A stretch of 64,000 nt of DNA from Octopus vulgaris (lineage: Eukaryota). The stretch lies in assembly GCA_951406725.2 (NCBI GenBank), contig OX597816.1:108128001-108192000 (forward strand). Direction: 5' to 3'. The position numbers and the translations under genes were made by a program. The notes under the pieces are model-generated. The model was not told the origin of the DNA and did no database searches. It was given only the letters and a program-made list of their open reading frames with translations. Position 1 is the first letter of the stretch; every line of letters starts with the position of its first letter. Positions 23,480 to 37,795 of this stretch are shown piece by piece.

Positions 23480-24493
23480 TATCTCAGTTTATGAGAGACG
23501 GGAATTTCCGAAGGAACTCTGATTGTAACAACGAAAATGAACCTTTAAGGGAAGACTTCGTGCTCGGTAGTGGTTCAATAAAGACGCAGACTGATGCCAG
23601 CTGTTAAACGAATACAGCATCAGTAGAAAATAAAGTAAGGAGGAGGAAGTGGACCAGCGAAGAAAACAGGATAGTGATGCAATGCTACTAAGAAAGAAAG
23701 TGAACCTAAAAGAGGGCGCTATAGAAAACCGCTAGTCATTTCTAGAAAACTGCTAGAAATGACTAGGAAAGTAGATTTTGTTATCAGTAGGATAGGTACT
23801 AAAAATATAGGAGGCACTAATTTATTGATTTATGCAAGATGGGTAGTAGTCACAAGAAGATTAGATATCTCACAGTGAAAGATTTAAAAAGTGTAAATGT
23901 GGAAAAGGGGACTACAAAATAAAGTGAGGATTTTAAGACAAGAGCTGAGTAGAATAGAAGTCTGGAAAACAAACAAGTTAGGAAACACAAGATGCATATC
24001 TTCCCTCAAGAAAAGATACTTAGTCAAAGAGAAAGGATTTGGGACAGGAATAGAAGAGTTGAAACAGTGTATCATAGCAGTAACAGACAAGCTCTCCAGA
24101 TATCAGAAAAGAATAGATCAGTATCAACAGAATAGATTATTTGAGACAGACCAGAAGAGATTTTATAACCAAATAAATAGTGGAGATCGAAGTACTGAAG
24201 ATGAGAAACCTAACGCAGAAGCTAGAAAGTCCTGGAGTAATATCTGGGATAAGCCAGTCAATCGTAATGGAGATACAGTATGGTTAAAGAAAGTGAGGGA
24301 AGAAAAAGTGAATGACAAGCAGCGAGATCTAAGACTAACTAGAGCTTTAATTAGTAAAGTGTTAGGAAAAATACCGAAAGCATTATCTGTCTGAGGTCCT
24401 TGACAGATGGCTAAAGACTCCGGTGCATTTTTACTTACACTGTTACGAAGGAATAATAATAATAACAACAATAACAACAACAACAACAACAAC

Positions 24494-24544
<51 letters not shown>

Positions 24545-24545
24545 T
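23480..24545 (+). pseudogene. Internally deleted Dong/R4-like element (5' ORF region fused to 3' end and AAT/AAC tail)
   Basis: RRRKWTSEENRIVMQCY at 23640; KLSRYQKRIDQYQQNRLFETDQKRFY in ORF 23897-24394; then KALSV* TGAGGTCCTT as in other 3' relics. Confidence 0.8.
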
Positions 24546-25112
24546 TCTAACATAAAACACTGTTTACATAGTAGTCAGATATAGTGTTTACATATTAGTC
24601 AGATAGAGTGATGTATCCTGATAATATGTTTCCGGTGATAACAACTATCGGACAATAGATTATCCAGCCCCACTTTCTTCCGATTTAGAAAAACTATAGT
24701 CGTGATAGTCATATATTCCTTATGAGTATCGATGGTTTTAGTAAAATAAAACTACCACAACAGAGAAATGAATCCATGTTTGTGGTCACTGACGCACTAG
24801 TATGCTGTTTCTGACAATAAAGACGTTCATGATTTTGTTTCGAACTGTTTACTATGCTTAAACTTAGTGTATTTGTGTCTAACAGTCCAGATAAGGTTTT
24901 ACACTCCATAAATCTTTATTATGACTAGATCTTTCCTGTATTATTACTAGGTCTTTGGCCTATGTCTATATATGATGAATCCCATGCGACCATTCAGATT
25001 TCTAGCATTTATTTAATGACACTTCAGGATTAAAAGCGAGTGCAGCATTAAATAATTATGTTTATTATTTATCTTGACTTAATTACTACCGGTAGCTAAC
25101 ATAATTACTACC

Positions 25113-26062
25113 GACGAGCTGGCAGAATCGTTAGCACACTGGGATAAATGTTTAGCGGTATTTCATCCGTCTTTACGCTCTGCGTTCAAATCTCACCGAG
25201 GTAGACTTTGGCTTTCATTCCTTCAGGGTTGATAAAATGAGTACCAGTTGAGTTTACTTGCCTCACAACCCCCGAAAATTGCTGGCGTTGTGCCAAAATT
25301 TGAGATCATTATTAATGCTGTTAGTAGGCGTTACTTTCTGAGTTCAAATTTCGCTGAGATTGACTTTGCTTTCATCTTTTCGGGATCGATAAAGTAACAT
25401 TCAAATACTGGGATTGATGTAATCGACTATACCCCACTCTCCTCAAATGTTCAGACTTGAGCCCGTTGTAGAAAGAATTATTACTGCTGCTTATAATAAG
25501 GCGAGCTGTTTGAATCGTTAGCGCGCCGGAGAAAATGCTTACTATTTTACTTGTGTCAGTAATTTGACAGTGGCCATGCTGGAGCACCGCCTTTAGTCGA
25601 GCAAATCGACCCCAGGACTTATTCTTTGTAAGCCCAGTACTTATTCTGTCGGTCTCTTTTGCCGAACTGCCAAGTTACAGGGACGTAAACACACCAGCTT
25701 TGGTTGTCAAGCGATGTTGGGGGAACAAACGCAGACACGCAAACATATACATACATACACATATATATATATACATACATATATACGACGGGGTTCTTTC
25801 AGTTTCCGTCTACCAAATCCACTCACAAGGCTTTGTTTGGCCCGAGGCTATAGTAGAAGACACTTGCCCAAGGTGCCACGCAGTGGGACTGAACCCGGAA
25901 CCATGTGGTTGGTAAGCAAGCTACTTACCACACAGCCACTCCTAAGCCTAATAATTCTTCTCTCTTTACTTTCTGAATTCAAATGTCGCCAAGGTCGATT
26001 TTGCCTTTCATCCTTTCTGAATCGAGCAGAACTGGTTGAGCACTGAGGTTGATGTATTCGTC
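25113..26062. mobile_element. SINE cluster: three family B copies (plus), the last split by a family A SINE (25543-25943, minus)
   Basis: Family B heads/cores at 25113, 25335 and 25498, resuming at about 25967. The family A copy is nearly identical to 45-439. Confidence 0.8.
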
Positions 26063-26764
26063 AAGTAGTTAATTTCACTGTATTTATAATTGTCTAAACC
26101 TAGATTAAGAGATCAACACTGGTCAAAAAGACCTATGAATGACAAAGGGATTCCAACTACGGTCATTCCATGCACACCTATACATATGTCGAACAGTGCA
26201 TGAAATGTATATTCTTTCATTTCTTTAAGACCGTGAATCTCATTTATAAAGTTTACCATCTATTTCTAGCATTTCAAGTGACAATGTAAACGAAACTTCA
26301 TTAGCTCGTCTCATTATTGCTGTTGGTGGGGGTGGTGATGGTTTCCAGTACATTCTTCTCTTTTCCATTTATTAAAATTTTATTCCGCCATATTTTCCTG
26401 TCTTTCAATTGTTGTATAATTAACTTAATTTCCTTCATTATTTTCCCGCCCATTTTGCTAATTCTCTCAACATCCTCTCCATCTTACCCTATTCGGTTCC
26501 TTTTCTTTTACATTTTCTATTCTTTCTTTCTCTATTCCACCCATTTTGAATTTAGCTTCTCTCCATCATATATGCGTAACTATAAACATGTATAGAAGCA
26601 TGCAAACATCAGTACATACATATGTGTGTGTGTTCGTATGTATGTTCGGTGTGTGTATATGTGCATATGCTTTCTATATATATACATATATATATATATA
26701 CATATATGTGTGTGTAAATATATATATATATGTATATATATGTAAATATATATATACATATATT

Positions 26765-26841
<77 letters not shown>

Positions 26842-28835
26842 TATGAATACATATACACACATATATCCATATCTATCAATCTACCGATCTCTGTATATAC
26901 AAATACATGCACACATATATATATACACAATCATGCACATATACATTTACATATACCTATCATTCTGCCTATACACACATACATATCTGCACGCATGTAT
27001 GAATGTATGTATGTATGTATGTATGTACGTATGTATGTATGCACGTACGTACAAGTTTGTGCGAAATGCATATCTAATAATAATAATCTTAGTAATTCAC
27101 TTCATGAAGCATTTGAATAGAAACATTGAACGGAAAGCAATAAAGCAAAGTTAGAAAATCCGGGTTTTATTATAACATTAAAATAAGTGTTCAATCATGC
27201 ATCCTTAACCTTCAATAGCACATTCTAAATGATGTACTTAAGTTTAAACATCGTTGTATGTTTCTGCTTCAACAAATGCATTTGTTTCTTCAATTACATT
27301 ATCTGACTGAGTTGATGTTATCCATCAATATGCAAAAGTTTCGTAATCTTTTTACTCTCACAGGTTTAATGAGAGAAGTAGATTTTCTAGGCCTTCTTTT
27401 TGTTTTTATCTGTTGATTTGGAAGGAGGAAGTGTCCATGCCTTCTACCGATCCTCCTAGAAAGTTTTCATGCCATTCATGTCTTTCTTGAACCTTTAAAA
27501 ATCCACACTTAGACGAAGGACATAGACATGCAGTCTACTCATGAAAGAGGAACTTGACGTAATAATTTGAGAGGGGCCAGAGAGATGGATTCAATTGGAA
27601 TGACCGAAGGAGGATATACGAGTGGGTCTGGAAAGTCAGTTCCCAGGTGGGTGAAACCCAGCCAATTCCGAGAAGCAGTGGCCATCATAGTAGCGGTAGA
27701 AATGACTTAAAGTGAATACAGCGCACCTATTGATCTCTGGTTGTGGTTTGTCCGTAAGAAACTTTATGCCGGTCAGTAGAGTTGCCCTGCTATACTTCCT
27801 CTATCAGTTGTCAAATGAAGAGAACGTATTTATGAATTACAATTTATATTTGCAAAAGACTGTTGAAATCTCTTGATAGCCCCTGCACCCTTGCTGGGGT
27901 ATCTTCAGAATGTTCAACCAATTAGTTTTAGCAGTTCAATGAAAACAGAGGTAATAGTATTAAATACTTTCGCGTAAAGGTTGCAAGAAAGCACGATAAA
28001 ATTAATGTAATAGAAAATTAAGCTAAGTTCAGAAATATAATAAAATATGTTGAATAGTTCAGAAACTATGACGACTAAAATGAATGCATTAAAATAAATA
28101 TATACATTCTTAACTTCAGTATAGAAATGTTTCTGTTAGTCACATGCGTATAATTCTTATATAACGTTGTAATGCTTTCATTATCATATATTATTTAGAT
28201 ACTAGTTTCATGTGCCTGCTGAAGAAAAGTAATGCAGTAAAACGGAATAATGATTAATAGGCTGAGTGGAACATACTTTCATGTCAAAGGTGAGAGCATC
28301 TAAATGTGTGCGCGTGTGTGTGCGCGCGAGCGTGTGTGAATCTCATTTGTCTTTATTCGCCTTTATAATCTTATGTATCTAACAGTTCTATATTTTGTGT
28401 AATTTGATATCATTTTATTGAGCCCTGTGATAGGACACAGCATGAAAATTATTTTTTCATGACGGTGTGTGTGTGTTCGTGCGTGCATATGCCTCTATAA
28501 GTTCCTTATAATTATGACAACGCTCAGCACACACGTAGGGCTGCTATCGTTAGCCACAATGCTCATTAGATGTAAAAGACATGCAGGAATATCTGTTTCG
28601 TACGTTTATAACGACTACACTGATAACACCGGAGTAGTAGTAACGTTAAACCCGTATATAAGTACACTTGGGATATGTTTATTTTATACGTCTATGAAGA
28701 ATTTATAATTAACACATGATATTATGCAGTATATCACTTGAGCATTATTGCTATTACTATCAGTAAATAACAGGTGTGAAACTAGAAGAATATTATAAAT
28801 GCGTCAATAATACATGTGTGTGTGTAGATAGATAA

Positions 28836-28906
<71 letters not shown>

Positions 28907-29248
28907 CACACATACACATGGATACATATTTATAAACACACACATACATATACACATACATACATATACATACATACATACATACATACATACATACATA
29001 CATACATACATACACCTTTATTTGTAAATTTACAGCCCGAAGACTGATCGCAGTCACCAAAGGACGGTTACATCACGCTCAATAAATATGTACTCACTTC
29101 ACCTATTCTAACATTTTATAATTCTCAATCAAAACACCGATTGTGATTTTAATTAGGAATTATGGATTGCTCCTGCTTCTGTACCGCTGTTCACAATCGC
29201 AAAATGTCACTGTAACATTTCACATATTCATACTCGCAAATACATGCA

Positions 29249-29321
<73 letters not shown>

Positions 29322-29374
29322 AAATGTAGCTTTTAGGGTATTCTAAGCTGCTACAATTAGACAAATGATTAAAC

Positions 29375-29586
29375 GCAGTGAACTGACGGAGTTGTTAGCA
29401 AGTTGGGCAAAATGCTTCGCGGCGCTTCGTATTTCCTTACGTTCTGAGTTCAAATTCCACCGAAGTCGACTTTGCCTTTCATCCTTTCGGAGTTGAGGAA
29501 ATAGGTATCAGTGGAACACTGGGGGCGATGTAATTGACTTACGCCTCCTCCCGAAATTGCTGGCCTTGTGCCAAAATTTGAAACAA
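29375..29586 (+). mobile_element. Family B SINE (older tail)
   Basis: GAGTTCAAATTCCACCGAAGTCGACTTTGCCTTTCATCC...GGCCTTGTGCCAAAATTTGAAAC. Confidence 0.8.
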
Positions 29587-29759
29587 ATATTAGTCAAAAA
29601 AATTGAAGCATATACATAGCGATATTTTGGACGCAGTAATTTTCATATCACTAAGCGTTTGATAACATTAGGCATAAATGCAAGTGGCTTCACTGACTGC
29701 ACATACGTGTGTTTTTGTAAGTGTTCATGTGTATATTTATGTCTCTTTACGGATTCATA

Positions 29760-30030
29760 AGCGCGTAGCCTAGTGGTAAGGGTTTTGTACTCATGATCGC
29801 AAGATCATGGCGTCGATTCGCAGACCGGGTGACGCGTTGTGTTTTCGAGCAAAACGCTTCATTTCATGTTGCTCAATTCCTCTCAACTGTGCTTGTGCAA
29901 CCCTGGAACGGACTACGTTTCTGCTCAGGGAGAATGTTGTCTAACCCGCCTAATTAACGAGGTGGTGTCCTTCGAAAGCTACGTTGGAGTACTAAAACGT
30001 TCCTGGTTTAAGGGTGTCGCGAGAGGTGTA
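29760..30030 (+). mobile_element. tRNA-derived SINE (family D), degenerate
   Basis: A-box TAGCCTAGTGGT and B-box-like GTCGATTCG. Related copy at about 41470-41686(-). Confidence 0.55.
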
Positions 30031-30044
30031 TTTGGAGGCCCAAC

Positions 30045-30724
<680 letters not shown>

Positions 30725-31525
30725 TACAACAATGCAAAGAAGCACAGTGTGACCAGCAGAGTTTAACAAAATTCGATAGTCAGGTCGATACAGTGAAACA
30801 GAGACATATGCATACAAATATAGCGAAAAAATAAGGGAGAGAGGGAGAAGGAGAGAGAAAGAGAGAGAAGACAGACTGATATGCAGATAGAAAGACTAAA
30901 AACGTGCATCAATTTATATTTTATATATTTAGCAGTTGCCAATTCATTAAATTGTTATAATGAAGAACAAGGGGGAGTCGAGGAAGTATATTCTCCAAAC
31001 AAAGTTCTTCATCGATACAAACCTGCCTTGAAGTATTCGTGTTGATCTTTTATAAGATTATGTTTCACTTCATTCGTTATAGCATCTTTGAAGCAAATTG
31101 GAAGCCTCCCTCGTGTGTTGCAGTCGGAAAAGTAGTTTGCGATATAAACGATAGATTCAACTCCATTCATTGAATATAGCTTTAGGAAATCTTCTTGAAT
31201 TAAAACACATTTTTCCATGGTGGATGGTGGTATCAATATTAGCGGATTTATTTTATTTATTTGTTTATTTTTAAGCTTATAAAAGGTAGAATATATTCAT
31301 GATCGTTGCGCAAGTGCAAAGTTTCACTATTGTAAATCAAGAGAAATAGCATTTTTTTGAAAAGTACTATTATATACGTCGCAATAGTAATAGGATCAGC
31401 AGCAACAACAGCAGTAGCAATAATTAGAATTGTATTTAAGACATTGAATACACTTTTCTTTTGCTCCGTCTTATTTATATGTATCTGTTTACTCAGAATC
31501 TTAAAGATACTAATACGCGTGAGTA

Positions 31526-31594
<69 letters not shown>

Positions 31595-31739
31595 AATTAA
31601 GGATGAAAAATGCACACACTTTACATAGTTTTAATATAATTTTTAATACATCTTATATTGTGTTTGTTGACAGGTTTCGCTTTCGCTAATCATGACATTA
31701 CAATTTATTTAAGTACGTATTTTCTTAAGAAAAATCTTT

Positions 31740-32240
31740 TTTGTTCATGTCGTGTATGGAGTTTATAGATGAATGATTCAACAAGTAAAAAAATCATCCA
31801 GGTATCTTTTCCAGTTTTCTATTATGCAATGAGATAACAATATTTTTCCAGTGACATTTTATATGTTAAATTCAAATAACCAATTATCAGGTTCACAAGA
31901 ACAGGAACTGCTTTCGTTTCCATCGCAATTCCGCATTTTTGACGATAGTAGGTGTCATCAAATAGGGAATAATTGTTCTGAAGTATACATTTTAAAGATT
32001 CAATTATAAAGACCTGATTTATGCGTTCCAGAAGTACTTCGGGATAATTTTTCAACCAAAAGTTGATTGCTTTTATCCCATAGTCATGTGGGATTGCTTA
32101 CAGTGAAGGAAACCAATAATGCCTTTTCATTAATTGTTTTGGATAGGTGCTCTAGCATGTCTAAATCGTCTCTAATGAAACTTATGATATATTTCAGAGA
32201 GGGTTTCAGTAGAATGTCAAGAAAATTGCTTAGGCGGTGG
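31740..32240 (-). pseudogene. Penelope-like reverse transcriptase fragment
   Basis: ILQNNYSLFDDTYYRQKCGIAMETKAVPVLVNLIIGYL followed by WKRYLDD. Confidence 0.8.
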
Positions 32241-32305
32241 GTTTATAATATATATAGAGAGAGAGATAAATAGATAGATATACATATATATATATGCGTA
32301 TATAG

Positions 32306-32392
<87 letters not shown>

Positions 32393-32526
32393 CATATGCA
32401 TATATGCGTATATATATAATGGAGAAATTATACAAAATCTAGAAGTGGATAATGAGTAAAGCACCAGTACAGTTTCGATTACCAAATGATAAGAAGACAC
32501 AGAAAATTCTTTAATACACCTTTAAT

Positions 32527-32649
32527 GATTCGTTACAGTTGTTTCTGTACGAACTCTATTAGCAATGCCAGTTTACGCAAAAAATCGAAGTAAAAATTTG
32601 CGTAATATTTGTGGCTTTAGACATCAGAGGGGCACTTCAGACTTGAATC
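32527..32649 (-). ncRNA. Degenerate type I hammerhead-like motif with extended stem II (putative PLE pseudo-LTR)
   Basis: GATTC-AA-GT CTGAAG [long hairpin] GAAA CAACTGT A AC-GAATC. A9 is missing. Confidence 0.55.
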
Positions 32650-34131
32650 AAACGTGAGCTGGCACATGTATGTATGTATGTATGTATGTATGTATGTATG
32701 TATGTATGTATGTATGTATGTATGTATACGTATGCATGTATGTATGTTTGTATATGTGTGTGTCCATTATTTATTTACGAGAGAGAAAATATGTTCCATA
32801 CTATGGTAAAGTATAATTTACTTTGACTAATCTAATTCCTTGTTTCTCTGGATTTTCTATGTACCTCCATCGCAATAATTCGACTGTTTGTCGAGTGTTA
32901 CTGATATTAGTGACCAATTATGACGTGTGTGTGTATTTATGAACGTATAAACGTATGTATGTCTGGCTCAAAGTAGAGTCCAATAGTGTTGGAAAAACCT
33001 CTACTAATTCCATTAAGTTTTCATTGTTTTCATAAAAGTTTTCATCGTTTTCATTGTTTCTTTACATCTGACGTCTCGGATACGAAACGTCGTAGCAAAA
33101 TCAGTCCTGGCTAAAATTTCTAAAGAAAATCTGTACAGATGAACTCAACGCCTAAAAGATGAAATTTTTGTGAGTACAATTAACAAGAAAAGAATACTAA
33201 TCGCTAATACTTTATGAAATATTATCTGTCGATATGGGCCGGTATTAATATTCATGTGACCAACAATTTAAAGTAATATCTTAAGAAACAATTCGCCATT
33301 TTTTAAAAATCTGTGTGAACTCTCAGTTTTGTTCGTAAACATTTAAAATCGGTCATTGAATCGTATGACCAATAATTAGAAGACTAAGATTTCTCTGCTG
33401 TACTCTAGTATAGAATATTGCATGTGTATCTATTTCATGTTATTTTATTTGCTGTCGGTTCTCTTCTCTTTACTCTCCACGTTCCCGTCGCTCGTATTAT
33501 TTATCTCTGTTTTAGAGCCGACAATTTATTACAGAATCGCATTAAACTGATCAATCAGAATCTTGATACGTGCCTAATAAAAGTCGTATTGTAAACGGAT
33601 GTATGGTATAATTGATGTTGTAATTACAGCTTAAAACTAAATGAAGGCATTATTAGTGCTTGTTATAATGTTTTAAATATTTTCTCTTTCTTTGTAAATG
33701 CTTGAGTGCGAACATAGACGTATGTGTTCTCGGCAATTCTGTGATCATGTATATGTATTTACATACATATAATATCAGTTCGTGTGTACTGGAGTGAATG
33801 CGTTTGATTGCCACTTGTATTGTTTTCTTACCACACTATGTAACATTCAGGTTCAATGCCTAGATCTCGATAAGACCATGTTAATATACAAATCTAAGAT
33901 CGCTGCAAGGCTGGAAAATCTATTTAGCTCTTGGCAAACATGCCTATTACTCTAACAAATTTAAGCCTGCGGTCGTTATAATTAAATGAAGAAAATAAAT
34001 TCGAAAATAAAGTGTAATTACAATCAGGACTTTTGTAGTCTATTACTCTCTGTACTATTTGTATTTAGTCTATCACCTTCTTCCTCTTTTTCTAATTTCT
34101 CTGGACACACACAAACACACACACACACACA

Positions 34132-34172
<41 letters not shown>

Positions 34173-34181
34173 ACACATACC

Positions 34182-34216
<35 letters not shown>

Positions 34217-34369
34217 TCATACATACGCACACAAATACACGCACATGAATGTGAATATACACACATTTGGTGGTAAATGAGTGCATACATACGTACATTC
34301 ACATATATTGTTAAAGAGTTTATTATATATATATATACACGTATATATACACATATATATGTATGTATG

Positions 34370-34415
<46 letters not shown>

Positions 34416-34825
34416 GCGTTGGTGCTAACGGTGTTATTCAGTTATCTTACTACTCACGCGCACACACACATTCACATATATACATGCATATACATACATA
34501 CATTCATACATACATACATACACACACGTATGTGTATCTGTGCAAAGTGAGATGTATGTATGTATATATCACTAATACATGCATACGTACACATATGGAT
34601 ATGTGTGTGAGAGTGAAAAATTGAATGTATCTGTTTGTCCATTAATATATGTTTATACACGTATGTATGTGAACTTATGCACGTGCGCGTGCGTGTGTTT
34701 GTGCGCGCTAAGGTAAATTTCATAGTAAAATCCTGTATAAAAATTATAATTCAAACCATGCTCATCTACAAGGATATGTATATGTGTGCATGTGTATAAA
34801 GACTTCTATCTACCTATACCTGGAT

Positions 34826-34957
<132 letters not shown>

Positions 34958-35006
34958 GATAGATAGATAGATAGATAGGTGCGTATATAAATATATATAA
35001 ATATAC

Positions 35007-35049
<43 letters not shown>

Positions 35050-35077
35050 TATATAGATAGATGGATAGATAGATAGA

Positions 35078-35108
<31 letters not shown>

Positions 35109-36000
35109 TACAGGCATACATATAGTCACGCATCAATGTACATACGTTTTATGTGTTTGCACGTAAATATCATTTGTATGTGTTTATATCTGGAAAAAAA
35201 CCCAACTAAACAACCCGTCTATTTGCGCAACGTATTGTTAACTTGCTCCAAATATAGAAACAATATGCAAATATCAATAAATCCAAGATAAGAAAAAAAA
35301 TCATTCAAAAAGTTTAGTATCAAATAAATAGTAAAATATTGCGCAAAAATTTTTTTCATATTTTTTGCTTTCAATTTTTATTATCTTTGTTGTTTTAAAC
35401 ATTGTACTTTATAAATTTCGAACTTAAACATGTTTGTTTGAAATGTTTAATAAATAAGCTCATTGTAGGGTTCTTTTTTTATTTTCCTTTTGTCTTCTTT
35501 TATTAATTTTTGATTTGTTTGTTTCCTTTTTGGAGTACGGTGGTAAGTGATGAGTAGTTCAAACAATGAAATTATTCACGCTCCATTTATTTTAATTTTG
35601 CTAGTATATATGTATTTGTACACTTTTTTATCCAAGGGGAGGCAACAGGAGCAACAACCACAGGTACACCACAAAATTCAAAGATAGACCAAACACATGC
35701 AAATCTTATATACTAGTTTATATCTATACAGTCCGACATATTAGAAATTTTAAAATTCAGTAATATATAAGTATCATATACAAATAAAAATATAAATACA
35801 AATATAAATATAAAAATAAATATAAATATAAATTTTGCATATAACACGCTTAAAACTGTTAGAATAAGAGGAATAAATATAGTGATAATAAAATAAAAAT
35901 ATAAATATATAGCATATCAAGACACGAGTTAAATTCCGGCGAATAGTACATAAAATATAATACACATACAAGCTTACAAAAATATAAGATATACAGAAGT

Positions 36001-36051
36001 CCATCATCTACGGACCGTTTCGGGGATGTGCCAATCAATACTAGACATATC
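36001..36051 (-). ncRNA. 3' half of a hammerhead-like motif in an inverted PLE pseudo-LTR
   Basis: GATATGTC...GGCACATCCCC GAAA CGGTCCGT A GATGATGG. The CUGANGA half is absent. Confidence 0.45.
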
Positions 36052-36063
36052 AGTACTTAAATA

Positions 36064-36270
36064 GGATTCGACAAGTTACTTGGTTTGCCTCTCCCTTTTC
36101 ATTAAGGGTGAAAAGTTTACCAAAGCTATTTTTTAAGTTATTGAAGGAAAATTTCCCAAAACACCATAAGTATTATTCAATATGTAACAAGTCAACGATC
36201 AGGGTGGCCTACTCGGTCACTCCCAATGTCGGATCTATTATGGCTCGTTGAACAGAAGTAAAATAAGACG
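36064..36270 (+). pseudogene. Penelope-like element fragment (linker upstream of GIY-YIG)
   Basis: Translates IRQVTWFASPFSLRVKSLPKLFFKLLKENFPKHHKYYSICNKSTIRVAYSVTPNVGSIM. Confidence 0.7.
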
Positions 36271-36284
36271 CTATAATGATAGAA

Positions 36285-37696
36285 ATGATGAGCAGAAAAT
36301 GCCATTATATATGGCCTTCATTGATCTAACAAAGGCCTTTGACTCGGTAAGCAGAACAGGCCTCTTCATCCTGCTCCAAAAAATCGGATGTCCACCAAAG
36401 CTGCTGAGGATCATCAAGTCTTTCCATGATGATATGCAAGGCACCATACAGCACAACGGTTCAACATCAGCCGCCTTCCAAATAAAAAACGGGGTAAAGC
36501 AAGGTTGTGACCTCGCTCCTACATTGTTTGGCATCTTCTTCTCGCTCTTACTCTCACATGCCTTTCATATATCAGATGATGGAGTGTTTCTGCACAGTAG
36601 AAGTGACGGGAAACTGTTCAATCTCTCGCGCCTGCGTGCCAAGACCAAAATCAGAAACGTCCTGATCAAGGAGATGCTATTTGCTGATGATGCCGCTCTG
36701 GTATCACACACAGAAGAAGCCCTCCAAAGGCTCATTAACTGTTTTGAACAAGCATGTAACGACTTTGGCTTAGCTATCAGCCTTAAGAAGACCAACATCA
36801 TGGGTCAGGCTACATCGGACATCCCAAACATACATATTGGAGACCACAGATTACAAGAGGTGGAGAAATTTACCTATCTTGACTCTACCGTCACCTACAA
36901 CCTATCCCTTGACGCTGAGCTCAATATACGCATTGGCAAGGCAGCTGCTGCGATGGCCCAACTCTCCAAACGGGCTTAGGACAACAATAAGCTGACCAAG
37001 ACCACGAAAATGAAGATCTACCAGGCATGTGTACTTAGCACTCTACTGTATGGAAGTGAGACTTGGACGCTATACACACGCCAAGAGCGTCGCCTAAACA
37101 TCTTTCACCTGCGCTGCCTCCGGAAAATCCTCCGCATCAAATGGTAGAATCATATCCCCAACAAAGATGTCCTCAAGCAAGCAGGAATACCAAGCATGTT
37201 TGCACTCCTCACACAAAGACGTATGAGATGGCTTGGGCATGTTAGCCGTATAAAAGATGGTAGAATCCACAAGGACATACTCTACAGAGAGCTTGCTAGG
37301 GGTATCAGGTCTGTGGGTAGACCGTTCTTACGTTACAAGGATGTTTGCAAAAGGGACATGAAGGCCTGCAACATCAATATTAGCGGTTGGGAGGCAATTG
37401 CCGGCAACCGTGGAGACTGGCGACGTACCGTAAAAGAAGGAATACAAAGGAGTGACAGAGAGAGAGAGGAGAAATGGAAAGACAAGAAAAGATGTCAACA
37501 AGAAACTATGGCATTACAACAAGCCAGGAACAGTCTTCGCTACATTTGCGGTACCTGCCAGAGGGAGTGTTTGTCCAGGATAGGACTACACAGCCACAGC
37601 AGGAAATGTATCAGGACATGAAATGTAAAAGCCGGACCAGACTACTTTATGCGCAACTCCATTGTCTCCCGAGACAAAAAAGATGCCAACAACAAT
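36285..37696 (+). mobile_element. 5'-truncated RTE-clade LINE (BovB-like RT and C-terminal zinc finger), two in-frame stops
   Basis: AFIDLTKAFDSV, GVKQGCDLAPTLF, LFADD, LLYGSETW, RWLGHV, CGTCQRECLSRIGLHSH, and 3' end GATGCCAACAACAA. TAG at 36977 and 37145. Confidence 0.92.
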
Positions 37697-37716
37697 AGGT
37701 AGGTAGGTAGGTAGAT

Positions 37717-37795
<79 letters not shown>

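Noticed and set aside
27330-27960. Possible old LINE or DNA transposon fragments (also 40930-41260, 51320-51950, 53150-53530, 55000-56900)
   Set aside because: Composition suggests decayed coding DNA, but no diagnostic motif could be read. Needs RepeatMasker or tBLASTn.
33062-33096. Hammerhead-like CTGACG...GAAACGTC
   Set aside because: The core is CTGACGT not CTGANGA, and stems I and II do not pair properly.
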